Shown here: positions 43,562 through 52,534 of the stretch, piece by piece
Numbering within the stretch: the first letter of the stretch is position 1
Layout: every line of letters starts with the position of its first letter
DNA from: an uncultured Bacteroidales bacterium
GTDB taxonomy: Bacteria; Bacteroidota; Bacteroidia; Bacteroidales; Bacteroidaceae
Direction: 5' to 3'
Assembly: GCA_902781515.1 (NCBI GenBank)
Contig: CACZJU010000005.1
Location: forward strand, 28,911 to 92,910
DNA: 64,000 bases
The notes under the pieces: generated by a model
Database searches by the model: none
What the model was told of the DNA's origin: nothing
The model's input: only the letters and a program-made list of their open reading frames with translations
Position numbers and translations under genes: made by a program

Positions 43562-44323
43562 ATGAAGAAGATACTTTTACCAGTGATGTTGCTTATGCTC
43601 ATGGCATTTGCAGCATGCGACAAGGAGAGTTACTACCACACGATGTCTATCATCAAACCACTGCAAATAGGCGTGGTGTTTGCCGATCAGAACATGGATA
43701 CTTTGGAGTTCTATACCACCGATAATTTTGCAATCACCACCAACCAATCGTGGGCAACAATTCCCGATACCATCAAGAGCGGAAATATTCCCAATGTCTA
43801 TCGAATGGTTTGGACAGTTGTGGCTCCCGTTGTCTTTGAGCCTAATACTACGTTTGACCCCAACGATGCATCAGACCCTAACACCACTGGAAAGATTCGT
43901 GATGTGAATGTCCAGATAAATGTCAATGGTGGTGACGACTGGAATCAAACTGCTACTGCTACTTTCCGTCAGCTTTATTGGCTGTCGATAGAGCGTCCTA
44001 CGGCAAAGTACTCGTATAAGGAGGAACAGATTAACAGTCGCAAGTACAGTGTGGTTACAGGTGCTGCCTTCGAATGCGAAGACTCTGCAACACAGTTTAC
44101 TGATACTCTCGAGTTCTATACTTTTGGAGCTTGGACGCTGACGGACGGAACTTTTGCACATCCGGAAGTGACATCGGGTGAGGCTGGTCAGCATAAGGTG
44201 CCAGTAACTATTGAGCAAAACGCCACTGTCGCAAAGCGCGAAACATCAGTCAACCTCACCAGTCGTGGTGTCACTACTCCCATTAAGTTCATTCAGGAAG
44301 GTAAGAAAGAAGAAACAAACTAA
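43562..44323 (+). CDS. Lipoprotein of unknown function
   Basis: MKKILLPVMLLMLMAFAAC has a lipobox Cys. A TAtaTTTG box lies at 43530-43537. The gene sits immediately upstream of GH51. Confidence 0.55.
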   Translation: MKKILLPVMLLMLMAFAACDKESYYHTMSIIKPLQIGVVFADQNMDTLEFYTTDNFAITTNQSWATIPDTIKSGNIPNVYRMVWTVVAPVVFEPNTTFDPNDASDPNTTGKIRDVNVQINVNGGDDWNQTATATFRQLYWLSIERPTAKYSYKEEQINSRKYSVVTGAAFECEDSATQFTDTLEFYTFGAWTLTDGTFAHPEVTSGEAGQHKVPVTIEQNATVAKRETSVNLTSRGVTTPIKFIQEGKKEETN

Positions 44324-44326
44324 GAT

Positions 44327-46804
44327 ATGAGAATCACAACCGCTATCCTCGCCCTCGCATTGTCTGCAACGGCAAGTGCAGGTGTCCCCGATTCTGTATT
44401 CGTGAAGGCTTCTGCTCCCAATAACGGCAGCGGCATGTATTTGGAATGGAGTGCCGACGGACATTTCTGGCAATCTGTTACAAAGAGTCGTGTCCTTGGC
44501 AGCGACTATGGTGAATGGGGTGTCGAAAAGAAACTGTTGGCTCCTACCATAGCTCGTGGTGCCGATGGTCGTTATGCTGTTGTCTTTCAGGTTAACGACC
44601 GTGCTCCTCAGTTTGCTGTCACATTGACCAACGACTTCGTGCATTGGCGTCCACAGGATTATCCTTATTTTGAAGGAGTAGGGCAGTGCCTGTCGCCTGT
44701 CGTTCGTTTTGTGGGTGACGAATACGAAATCACATTCCGTAATCGCGAAGGCAAGTGTTTTGCTACACGCAGTGCCGATATGGTGCATTTCTCGCCGGCG
44801 GTGGAAGTTCAGCGTACGGCTCAGCCCCAACAGGTGCGTGTGGCTCGTGAAAGTCTTGAAGCTCTGCGTAATTATCAGTCGGCTTTTGCTGCTCGTGAGG
44901 CTCTGAACAACGAACTGGCACGCGATAATGCAACGCGTTTTGCTTCCATTGGAGAGGTGAAGGCAGAAGTCTCTGTTGATGCTTCCCGTCCCAAGCAAAT
45001 TAGTGATATGCTCATGGGTATCTTCTTCGAGGATATCAACTATGCCGCTGATGGAGGACTTAACGCCCAGCTTATTCAGAACGGTGACTTCGAATACCAA
45101 CCCAGCGATCGCCGTGGTGACAAGAACTGGAATCAGACATTCGCTTGGACATTGAAGGGCGATGGACGTCTGCTCACGGATGTAGAAGGCGTTTCACAGA
45201 TGAACTCACATGCTGTTGCTATCGAGGTGGAGAAACGCGAAGCTGCATCTCTTGAGAATGCAGGATGGGACGGTATTCCCCTGAAGGCAAACGAACGATA
45301 TAATCTTTCACTCTATCTGCGAGGCGGCAGGGTGCGTGTTGACCTTATTGAGGCTGGTCGCACTCTTGCAACAACAATGCTTCGCGGTAAGAGCAATGTA
45401 TGGACACAGGTTAGTGCAACTTTGCGTCCGCGTCAGTCAGCTAAGAACGCAGTATTCGTAATCACTCCATTAGAAGCTGGACAGACAGCCATCGATATGG
45501 TGTCACTCGTCCCACAGGATACATATAAAGGACATGGTCTCCGTCGTGATTTGGCTGAAACTCTCGAGGCTCTGCATCCTCGCTTCATGCGCTTCCCTGG
45601 TGGTTGTGTCACTCATGGCGATGGCATCGGAAACATATACAACTGGAAGGAAACCATAGGTCCGCTCAAGGATCGCAAGCCTCTGCGCAATATTTGGAAC
45701 TATCATCAGAGCCGTCAACTTGGTTTCTATGAATTCTTCCAGATGTGTGAGGATATGGGTATGGAACCTCTACCGGTTTTGGCTGCTGGTGTTCCCTGTC
45801 AGAACAGTAGCAATGGTGGAGCTGGTCAGCAGGGTGGCATTCCAATGGACAAGATGCCTCAGTATGTTCAGGATATTCTCGACCTCGTGGAATGGGCTAA
45901 TGGCGATGCTTCGACAGAGTGGGGCAGAAAGCGTATTGAACAGGGACATAAGCAACCTTTCAACCTCAAGTATCTTGGCATCGGTAACGAGGACCTCATC
46001 AGTCCCACCTTTGCCGAGCGCTATTTGATGATATGCAAGGCAGTAAAAGAGAAATATCCTGAGATAAGGATTTGCGGCACTGCCGGTCCTTTCTACTATG
46101 GTAGCGATTATGAGGAAGGCTGGCGTTTGGCAACGGAGAACAAGGATGTAATAAGTCTTGTCGATGAGCATTATTATCTGCCGCCTTCGTGGTACATTTA
46201 TAATCAGGATTACTACGACCAGTATGACCGCAATGCTCCACACGTTTATCTTGGTGAATGGGCAGCACATGTGCCTGGACGTAAGAGTACTATAGAAACT
46301 GCCCTTTGTGAAGCCCTTCACTATTGCTCTCTTGAACGAAATGGTGATGTTGTGGAAATGTCGAGCTATGCTCCCTTGCTTGCTCGCGACGGACATACCC
46401 AGTGGAACCCCGATATGATTTACTTCAATAACACCGAGGTGAAGCCCACCGTGGGCTATTGGGGACAGTGGATGTGCGGTCGCAGTTCTGGTAATCAGTA
46501 TCTGCCCAGTACCATACGCACTAGCAACAATCACGCTGGTGTTAAGGAACGTCTTGCTGTCAGCACTGTTCGTGATTCGCGTACAGGTAAGACATATCTA
46601 AAACTTGTTAATGTGCTGCCAACTGATGTGGATGTTCATCTGCAACTCTCTGGTGTCATTGACTCCGAGCGTCAGTGCCTCCGGACAATGCTTCGTGGTA
46701 ATTTCGATAACACCACAGCTATTCCTGCTGAAAGCAAAGTTACAATCTCTCCCGATTGTCATTACACAATGCCCGCTTATTCATTCACTATAATTCAGTT
46801 ATGA
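44327..46804 (+). CDS. GH51 alpha-L-arabinofuranosidase with N-terminal extension
   Basis: FMRFPGGCVTHGDG, NIWNYHQSRQLGFYEFFQMCEDMGMEPLPVL and YLGIGNEDL (acid/base Glu in GNE) are present, with a signal peptide. Confidence 0.75.
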   Translation: MRITTAILALALSATASAGVPDSVFVKASAPNNGSGMYLEWSADGHFWQSVTKSRVLGSDYGEWGVEKKLLAPTIARGADGRYAVVFQVNDRAPQFAVTLTNDFVHWRPQDYPYFEGVGQCLSPVVRFVGDEYEITFRNREGKCFATRSADMVHFSPAVEVQRTAQPQQVRVARESLEALRNYQSAFAAREALNNELARDNATRFASIGEVKAEVSVDASRPKQISDMLMGIFFEDINYAADGGLNAQLIQNGDFEYQPSDRRGDKNWNQTFAWTLKGDGRLLTDVEGVSQMNSHAVAIEVEKREAASLENAGWDGIPLKANERYNLSLYLRGGRVRVDLIEAGRTLATTMLRGKSNVWTQVSATLRPRQSAKNAVFVITPLEAGQTAIDMVSLVPQDTYKGHGLRRDLAETLEALHPRFMRFPGGCVTHGDGIGNIYNWKETIGPLKDRKPLRNIWNYHQSRQLGFYEFFQMCEDMGMEPLPVLAAGVPCQNSSNGGAGQQGGIPMDKMPQYVQDILDLVEWANGDASTEWGRKRIEQGHKQPFNLKYLGIGNEDLISPTFAERYLMICKAVKEKYPEIRICGTAGPFYYGSDYEEGWRLATENKDVISLVDEHYYLPPSWYIYNQDYYDQYDRNAPHVYLGEWAAHVPGRKSTIETALCEALHYCSLERNGDVVEMSSYAPLLARDGHTQWNPDMIYFNNTEVKPTVGYWGQWMCGRSSGNQYLPSTIRTSNNHAGVKERLAVSTVRDSRTGKTYLKLVNVLPTDVDVHLQLSGVIDSERQCLRTMLRGNFDNTTAIPAESKVTISPDCHYTMPAYSFTIIQL

Positions 46805-47769
46805 AGCTCCGTATAATCATCTTCTCCGTTCTTGCGGCTTTGGCAGTTTCCATAGTCGTGATGTGGCGTGTCTTTTTGAGTAATGCCCTTGAAGGAGATA
46901 ATGGTGAGGCAATAGTGCTTGTTTATCCCAACCAGTCGGAGGATGACGTACGTCGTACACTTTCTGAAGCAAGTGTTCGTACTACTGGTTTCCGTTTGCT
47001 TTCCCGCCTGTTGAAGTATCATGTGCGTCCTGGTCGCTATATCGTTCGTCGCGGAGATAGTATCGTTACTATATTCCGTCGCCTACGCAACGGCCAGCAG
47101 GAGGCTGTCCGACTGACCATTCCTTCAGTGCGTACAGTTGAGCGTCTTGCCGCCTATCTCGATGAGCATCTTATGATGGACTCCTTGAGTGCGGTGGAAG
47201 CATTTCGCGACAGTATCCATCTGTTCCTTCCCAATACCTACGAAGTATGGTGGACGGTGACTACAGATGATTTGATGAGTCGTATGCAGCGCGAGAGCAA
47301 TCGATTCTGGGAAGGAGAACGCGACAGAAAAGCAAATGCTCTTGGATTGTCGCGCCGCGAGGTTATTACGCTTGCGAGCATTGTCAACGAGGAAACGGCA
47401 TATCAGCCCGAAATGCCTATGGTGGCAGCTATGTATCTCCATCGTCTTGAGATAGGTATGCCTCTGCAGGCTGACCCAACCGTCAAGTTTGCCCTTGGCG
47501 ACTTTTCTCTGCGCCGTATCTGGGGCAAGCACCTGACCGTTGACAGCCCTTACAATACCTATCGCAACACAGGATTGCCGCCAGGCCCCATCCGCATTCC
47601 TACGTTAGAAGCTATCGATGCAGTTCTCTCTGCTCCTCATACCGATTATTTATATATGTGCGCGCGTGAGGATTTTTCTGGCAGTCATCGTTTTGCTACA
47701 ACCTATTCCGAACATCTTCGTAATGCCCGTCTATACACTCAGGCTCTCAATCAACGGAACATCAAATAA
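46801..47769 (+). CDS. mltG: Endolytic murein transglycosylase MltG (YceG-like)
   Basis: N-terminal TM is IIIFSVLAALAVSIVVMW, and LASIVNEETAYQPEMPMVAAMYLHRLEIGMPLQADPTV is present. I prefer ATG 46801, which gives an ATGA overlap with the GH51 stop. Confidence 0.85.
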   Translation: MKLRIIIFSVLAALAVSIVVMWRVFLSNALEGDNGEAIVLVYPNQSEDDVRRTLSEASVRTTGFRLLSRLLKYHVRPGRYIVRRGDSIVTIFRRLRNGQQEAVRLTIPSVRTVERLAAYLDEHLMMDSLSAVEAFRDSIHLFLPNTYEVWWTVTTDDLMSRMQRESNRFWEGERDRKANALGLSRREVITLASIVNEETAYQPEMPMVAAMYLHRLEIGMPLQADPTVKFALGDFSLRRIWGKHLTVDSPYNTYRNTGLPPGPIRIPTLEAIDAVLSAPHTDYLYMCAREDFSGSHRFATTYSEHLRNARLYTQALNQRNIK

Positions 47770-47778
47770 TCTGACAAT

Positions 47779-48972
47779 ATGAAACGCATCGCATTTTTAT
47801 TGCTATTTTTCAATTTCCAATTTTCAATTTTCAATTTAGCCAGCGCGCAGCGCTTCGACATTGACCTGCGCGATAGCCTCAAACTGCACGACTATTATGT
47901 GAGTGTTCCTGTTGAGGACGGTAACTATCGTGTCAGTGTGACTATGGGAGACAAGCGTCGTGCAGGCGTGACTACCGTAATGGCTGAGAGCCGTCGTCTG
48001 TTCGTTGAGAACGAGGCAACTCGAAAGGGGGAGATAAAAACCGTATCGTTTCTTGTGAATAAACGCACACCTCGTATTAGTGACCGCCAGAGTGTACGTA
48101 TCAAAGAACGCGAGCGTTCGAAACTGAATTGGGATGACTTGCTTACCATTGAGGTTACAGGTCCCAGTCAGGCCGTAAGCCATATTACTATTGAGCGTGA
48201 CACAATTGCTCCCACGGTTTTCCTGTGTGGCAACTCCACCGTTGTCGATCAGGACGATGAACCATGGGCTTCGTGGGGACAGATGATTACACGTTGGTTC
48301 ACAGACAGCGTTTGTTTCTGCAATATGGCAGAGAGTGGTGAGACTGCTTCTACGTTCATAGGTGTAGGACGTCTTGCTAAGGCTCTTTCAATGATGAAGA
48401 GCGGCGACTACATAATAGTGGAATTCGGACACAACGACCAGAAACAGAAACAGCCAGGCTCAGGTGCTTACTATAATTTTGCAACTGCCTTGAAAACCTT
48501 TGTTGATGAAGCTCGTCAGCGTGGAGCTACACCAATATTCGTAACCCCTACACAGCGTCGAATGTTTGACAATGAAGGACGCATCCGTGAGACTCATGCC
48601 GATTATCCAGAGGCAATGGAGTGGGTGGCACAGCGCGAGAATGTACTGCTCATAGACCTTCATCAGATGACTCGTGTGCTGTTCGAGACAATGGGAGTGG
48701 AACCTTCAAAGAAAGCCTTTGTGCATTATCCTGCAGGCACTTTCCCAGGACAGACGAAGGCCTTTGCCGACAACACCCACTTCAATCCTTATGGAGCATA
48801 CCAGATTGCAAAGTGTGTGGTTGAGGGTTTGCTGGCTCATCGTGTACCTTTCACACGTTATCTGCGTCCTGAATACCCACGTGGCTACTCACCTCTCAAA
48901 CCAGACCCCTTCGACAAGTTCCTGTGGACTCCCAGTCGTCACGTTGACTTGGTAAAGCCCGATGGCAACTAA
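47779..48972 (+). CDS. SGNH/GDSL hydrolase, rhamnogalacturonan acetylesterase-like (CE12-like)
   Basis: Block I is FLCGNSTV, block III is EFGHNDQ and block V is ADNTHFNPYGA. There is a signal peptide. Confidence 0.7.
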   Translation: MKRIAFLLLFFNFQFSIFNLASAQRFDIDLRDSLKLHDYYVSVPVEDGNYRVSVTMGDKRRAGVTTVMAESRRLFVENEATRKGEIKTVSFLVNKRTPRISDRQSVRIKERERSKLNWDDLLTIEVTGPSQAVSHITIERDTIAPTVFLCGNSTVVDQDDEPWASWGQMITRWFTDSVCFCNMAESGETASTFIGVGRLAKALSMMKSGDYIIVEFGHNDQKQKQPGSGAYYNFATALKTFVDEARQRGATPIFVTPTQRRMFDNEGRIRETHADYPEAMEWVAQRENVLLIDLHQMTRVLFETMGVEPSKKAFVHYPAGTFPGQTKAFADNTHFNPYGAYQIAKCVVEGLLAHRVPFTRYLRPEYPRGYSPLKPDPFDKFLWTPSRHVDLVKPDGN

Positions 48973-49002
48973 TCTGATTATAAAACCTAATCACAACATA
49001 CT

Positions 49003-50199
49003 ATGAAAGCAATCGTATCAAAAGAGGGCACTCATGCACTTCTACGTTTGGAAGGACGTTTGGACACTGCTGCATCACAGCAAGTTTCGATGAATATCGA
49101 TGAACAGTTGGCGACCCTTGGACATGTTGACGGATTGGTGTGTGATGCTACGGGATTGGAATATATATCCAGTTCCGGACTTCGTGTACTGCTGACGTTG
49201 CGTAAGCGCTATCCCGACTTCTTGCTCAAGGAGGTATGCTCTGAGGTTTACGAAGTGCTGGAGATGACGGGCTTCACGAAGATGATGACCGTTGAGCGTG
49301 CTCTTCGTAGTATGTCTGTTGACGGTTGCGAGGAGATTGGAAGAGGTGGTGTTGGTATTGTATATAGGATAAACGAGGACACTATCATAAAGGTATTCCG
49401 CGAAGGAACGGATATCAGCGAGGTGCGTCGCGAGATAACGATGTCCAAGGAGGCCTTTGTACTCGGTATGCCTACTGCAATATCGTTTGACGTAGTACGT
49501 GTGGGCAGTCAGTATGGACTTGTTTACGAACTCCTGAACGCTGAGACTCTGAGCGCCTGCATATACAAGAATCCCAGTCGATTAGACGAATATGCGAGTC
49601 TCTATGCAGGGTTGTTCCGTCAACTTCATTCCATCGAGGTGCAACAGCCAAGTCTTATTCCCAACGCGATGCAGCATGTGGAGGAATCGATACATTACAT
49701 TAGTCGTTATTTCGATGCGCCTTCCATAGACCTCCTTCTCAGCATCGTATCTGCCATTCCTCAGGCAAATCGTCTGTTGCATTGCGACCTCCAGACGAAG
49801 AACGCTATGATGCAAGGCGACGAGCTGATGCTGATAGACATGGGCGAGGTGGGTTATGGACATCCGATGATAGACCTTGGGAATGCCCACTCGGCAATTG
49901 TGGCTCTGATAGGCGATTACGAAAAGATTATAGGATTCCCACGCGAGATAGGTCTCGACTTGTGGAAGAGAACCATGCACTACTATTTTGAGGGGTTGTC
50001 GGAAGTTGACTTTGCCCATCGCATGGAACAAATAGAGGCTGTGAGTGTAGTGCGTAACTTTACGTGGCTATCTCTCTCCGACAGTTTTCCAGAGGCTGTC
50101 ATTAAGGAGTGCCAGCAGGCATTTGGCGAGCGTGTGCTGAAGCGCAAGGACTATCTGCTCGACATCAGTCGAACATTCTCGGATTGGACAGTAAAATAA
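49003..50199 (+). CDS. STAS (anti-sigma-antagonist-like) domain fused to an APH/choline-kinase-like phosphotransferase domain
   Basis: STAS: LRLEGRLDTAAS...EYISSSGLRVLL, with a SpoIIAA-type phospho-Ser motif. Kinase-like: IGRGGVGIVYRI...IIKVF, LLHCDLQTKNAMM (HxDxxxxN) and LIDMGEVGYGHPMIDLG. Confidence 0.7.
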   Translation: MKAIVSKEGTHALLRLEGRLDTAASQQVSMNIDEQLATLGHVDGLVCDATGLEYISSSGLRVLLTLRKRYPDFLLKEVCSEVYEVLEMTGFTKMMTVERALRSMSVDGCEEIGRGGVGIVYRINEDTIIKVFREGTDISEVRREITMSKEAFVLGMPTAISFDVVRVGSQYGLVYELLNAETLSACIYKNPSRLDEYASLYAGLFRQLHSIEVQQPSLIPNAMQHVEESIHYISRYFDAPSIDLLLSIVSAIPQANRLLHCDLQTKNAMMQGDELMLIDMGEVGYGHPMIDLGNAHSAIVALIGDYEKIIGFPREIGLDLWKRTMHYYFEGLSEVDFAHRMEQIEAVSVVRNFTWLSLSDSFPEAVIKECQQAFGERVLKRKDYLLDISRTFSDWTVK

Positions 50200-50206
50200 T
50201 CGAGCG

Positions 50207-52408
50207 ATGGGAAAGTTTGAAAGATGGCGTAAGTCAAGAGAAACGAAGGCGAGCTTGGCAGTATTGATAACTGCGGCTTTGCTGATAGAAACAACGGCAG
50301 CGGTGCAGTATGCCTTCACTGCCGGAGGCATACGTCGTGAGGCGCAGAATAGGGCAGAGGCAGAACTTAAGCAGACGAGCTTGCACATACAGAATGTAAC
50401 AACAGCCGTAGAGGTTGCTGTGGATAATATGGTGTGGGCTATTGAGAAGTCTCTCGACGAACCCGATTCCATTTATACCGTGCTTCGCCGATTGGTGGAG
50501 CAGAACTCAACGATTGTTGGTTGCGGTGTTGGCTTTATTGGTGACTATTATCCTGAAAAGGGACGTTGGTTCGAACCTTATGTTTTTGAGAACGAAGATG
50601 GTAGTATTGAAGTGAAACAGATAGGCTCTGCCTCGCACAACTACCTTGAAGCTTCGTGGTATCTGACAGGATTGATCGCTGACCCTGGAGCATGGACGGA
50701 ACCTTACTATGATGATGCTGGAGCACGGATGATGCTCTGTACTTATGTTATGCCTGTTCACGATAGCAAGGGACGTGTGGTGGCTGTGATGGGAGCCGAT
50801 GTGTCTCTTGAATGGCTCAGCAATCTCATCAATGCCAATCCGATATATCCTTCGAGCTACAACCTCATGGTATCGCGCGAAGGACAGATTCTGGCTTGTC
50901 CAGTGGAATCGTTGGTGCTGCAACGCAATATTTATGAAGCCGCTTCCGAAATATATGACACTACGGCAAACAAGGTCGGTCGTATGATGGTGGACGGAAA
51001 GAGCGGCGTAGAGACCGTGATGGGTAACGAAGGCAATAAGAAATATGTGTTCTTTGCTCCGATAGAGGGCAGTTCCGGATGGTCGATGGCTGTTGTGTGC
51101 AGCGACGATGAGATATACAGAGGACTGCATCGTATCGGTGTAGGACTTTTCTTGCTTATGCTCTCTGGTATGGCTCTGATGGTGTACATCATGTTCCGAA
51201 TCATTCATGGCTTCAACCGTTTGCAGCAGGTGCGTGCCGAGCAGGAGCGCATGGGTAGCGAATTACGCATTGCCAATGCCATACAGATGGGTATGCTCCC
51301 AAAGACATTCCCTCCGTTTCCTGAACGTGATGATGTGGAGGTTTACGGTTCGCTGGTTCCTGCCAAAGAGGTGGGAGGCGATCTCTACGATTTCTTTATC
51401 CGCGACGAGAAATTATTCTTCTGCGTAGGCGATGTTTCTGGTAAGGGAGTTCCTGCCTCTCTTGTAATGGCTGTCACACGCAGCCTGTTCCGCAGTGAAT
51501 CTGTTCACGAAGCAAATCCTGCGCGCATAGTTGAGGCTATGAACTCGGCTATGGCTGAGATGAACGATAGCAATATGTTCGTGACTCTCTTCATAGGTGT
51601 TCTCGACCTTCCTACAGGACGTATCCATTATTGCAACGCAGGACATTGCGCTCCTCTGTTGGTTGGAACCAGTGTTGGCACGTTGCCGGTTGAGACAAAC
51701 ATTCCTCTTGGAGTGGTAAAGGATTGGAAATATGTATCGCAGGAGTCCATTGTTTCACCACAAACCCTTGTGTTCCTCTATACTGACGGACTTACAGAGG
51801 CTGAGAATTCGCAGCACGAACAGTTCGGAGAGCAACGTATGTTTGATGTTGCCCGTAAAGTCTGTCAGGATAATGAGCAAGTGGATATCATACAACACAT
51901 GCAGGAGGCCGTTCATGAGTTCGTGGACGGAGCTGAACAGAGCGACGACCTCACAATGCTCATGGTTCAGTACACAAAAGAACAACGTCAGGAACGCCTC
52001 TCGCGCAGCATCACTTTACCCAACGATGTGGAGGCTGTACCACGTCTCGCAACATTTGTAGAGGGGGTGGCCGAAGAACTCGCTTTTGATTCAGCTACCA
52101 CTATGAATCTCAATCTTGCCGTAGAGGAGGCAGTGGTGAACGTCATGAATTATGCCTATCCCAAGGATGTGAAGGGAAACATAAACATTCAGGCTTGTGC
52201 CAACGATGTACGTTTGAAGTTCACTATAACGGACAGTGGTGTACCATTCGATCCAACTGCCGTTCGAGATGCTGACGTTTCATTGTCTGCTGAGCAACGT
52301 CCTATTGGAGGATTGGGTATCTATATGTTGCGACGTCTTATGGACTCTATCAATTACGAATATGTTGATGGGCACAACGTCCTCACCCTCCGCAAGCGTC
52401 TTTCTTAA
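50207..52408 (+). CDS. Sensor protein: TM, extracytoplasmic Cache-like domain, TM, SpoIIE/RsbU-type PP2C phosphatase, RsbW-like HATPase_c
   Basis: PP2C: VGGDLYDFF, CVGDVSGKGVPASLVMA, YCNAGH and LYTDGLTEA. HATPase: AVEEAVVNVMNYAY, ITDSGVPFDP and GGLGIYMLRRLMD. There are two hydrophobic segments, at about aa 16-35 and 318-340. Confidence 0.8.
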   Translation: MGKFERWRKSRETKASLAVLITAALLIETTAAVQYAFTAGGIRREAQNRAEAELKQTSLHIQNVTTAVEVAVDNMVWAIEKSLDEPDSIYTVLRRLVEQNSTIVGCGVGFIGDYYPEKGRWFEPYVFENEDGSIEVKQIGSASHNYLEASWYLTGLIADPGAWTEPYYDDAGARMMLCTYVMPVHDSKGRVVAVMGADVSLEWLSNLINANPIYPSSYNLMVSREGQILACPVESLVLQRNIYEAASEIYDTTANKVGRMMVDGKSGVETVMGNEGNKKYVFFAPIEGSSGWSMAVVCSDDEIYRGLHRIGVGLFLLMLSGMALMVYIMFRIIHGFNRLQQVRAEQERMGSELRIANAIQMGMLPKTFPPFPERDDVEVYGSLVPAKEVGGDLYDFFIRDEKLFFCVGDVSGKGVPASLVMAVTRSLFRSESVHEANPARIVEAMNSAMAEMNDSNMFVTLFIGVLDLPTGRIHYCNAGHCAPLLVGTSVGTLPVETNIPLGVVKDWKYVSQESIVSPQTLVFLYTDGLTEAENSQHEQFGEQRMFDVARKVCQDNEQVDIIQHMQEAVHEFVDGAEQSDDLTMLMVQYTKEQRQERLSRSITLPNDVEAVPRLATFVEGVAEELAFDSATTMNLNLAVEEAVVNVMNYAYPKDVKGNINIQACANDVRLKFTITDSGVPFDPTAVRDADVSLSAEQRPIGGLGIYMLRRLMDSINYEYVDGHNVLTLRKRLS

Positions 52409-52454
52409 CTTCTATATGCCTTCATTCGACGCGATACTATCGCTTCGCCTCATA

Positions 52455-52511
52455 CATTAGTAACGCTTCGTGTCAAGCGTTACTAATGCTTAGCACGAAG
52501 CGTTACTAATG
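52455..52511. terminator. Long inverted repeat (18-nt arms) with an internal decoy copy, between convergent genes
   Basis: cattagtaacgcttcgtg (52455-52472) is the exact reverse complement of cacgaagcgttactaatg (52494-52511). A third element, agcgttactaatg (52476-52488), can also pair with the left arm. Confidence 0.6.
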
Positions 52512-52534
52512 TTCCGACGGATGCGTCTAAGGCC

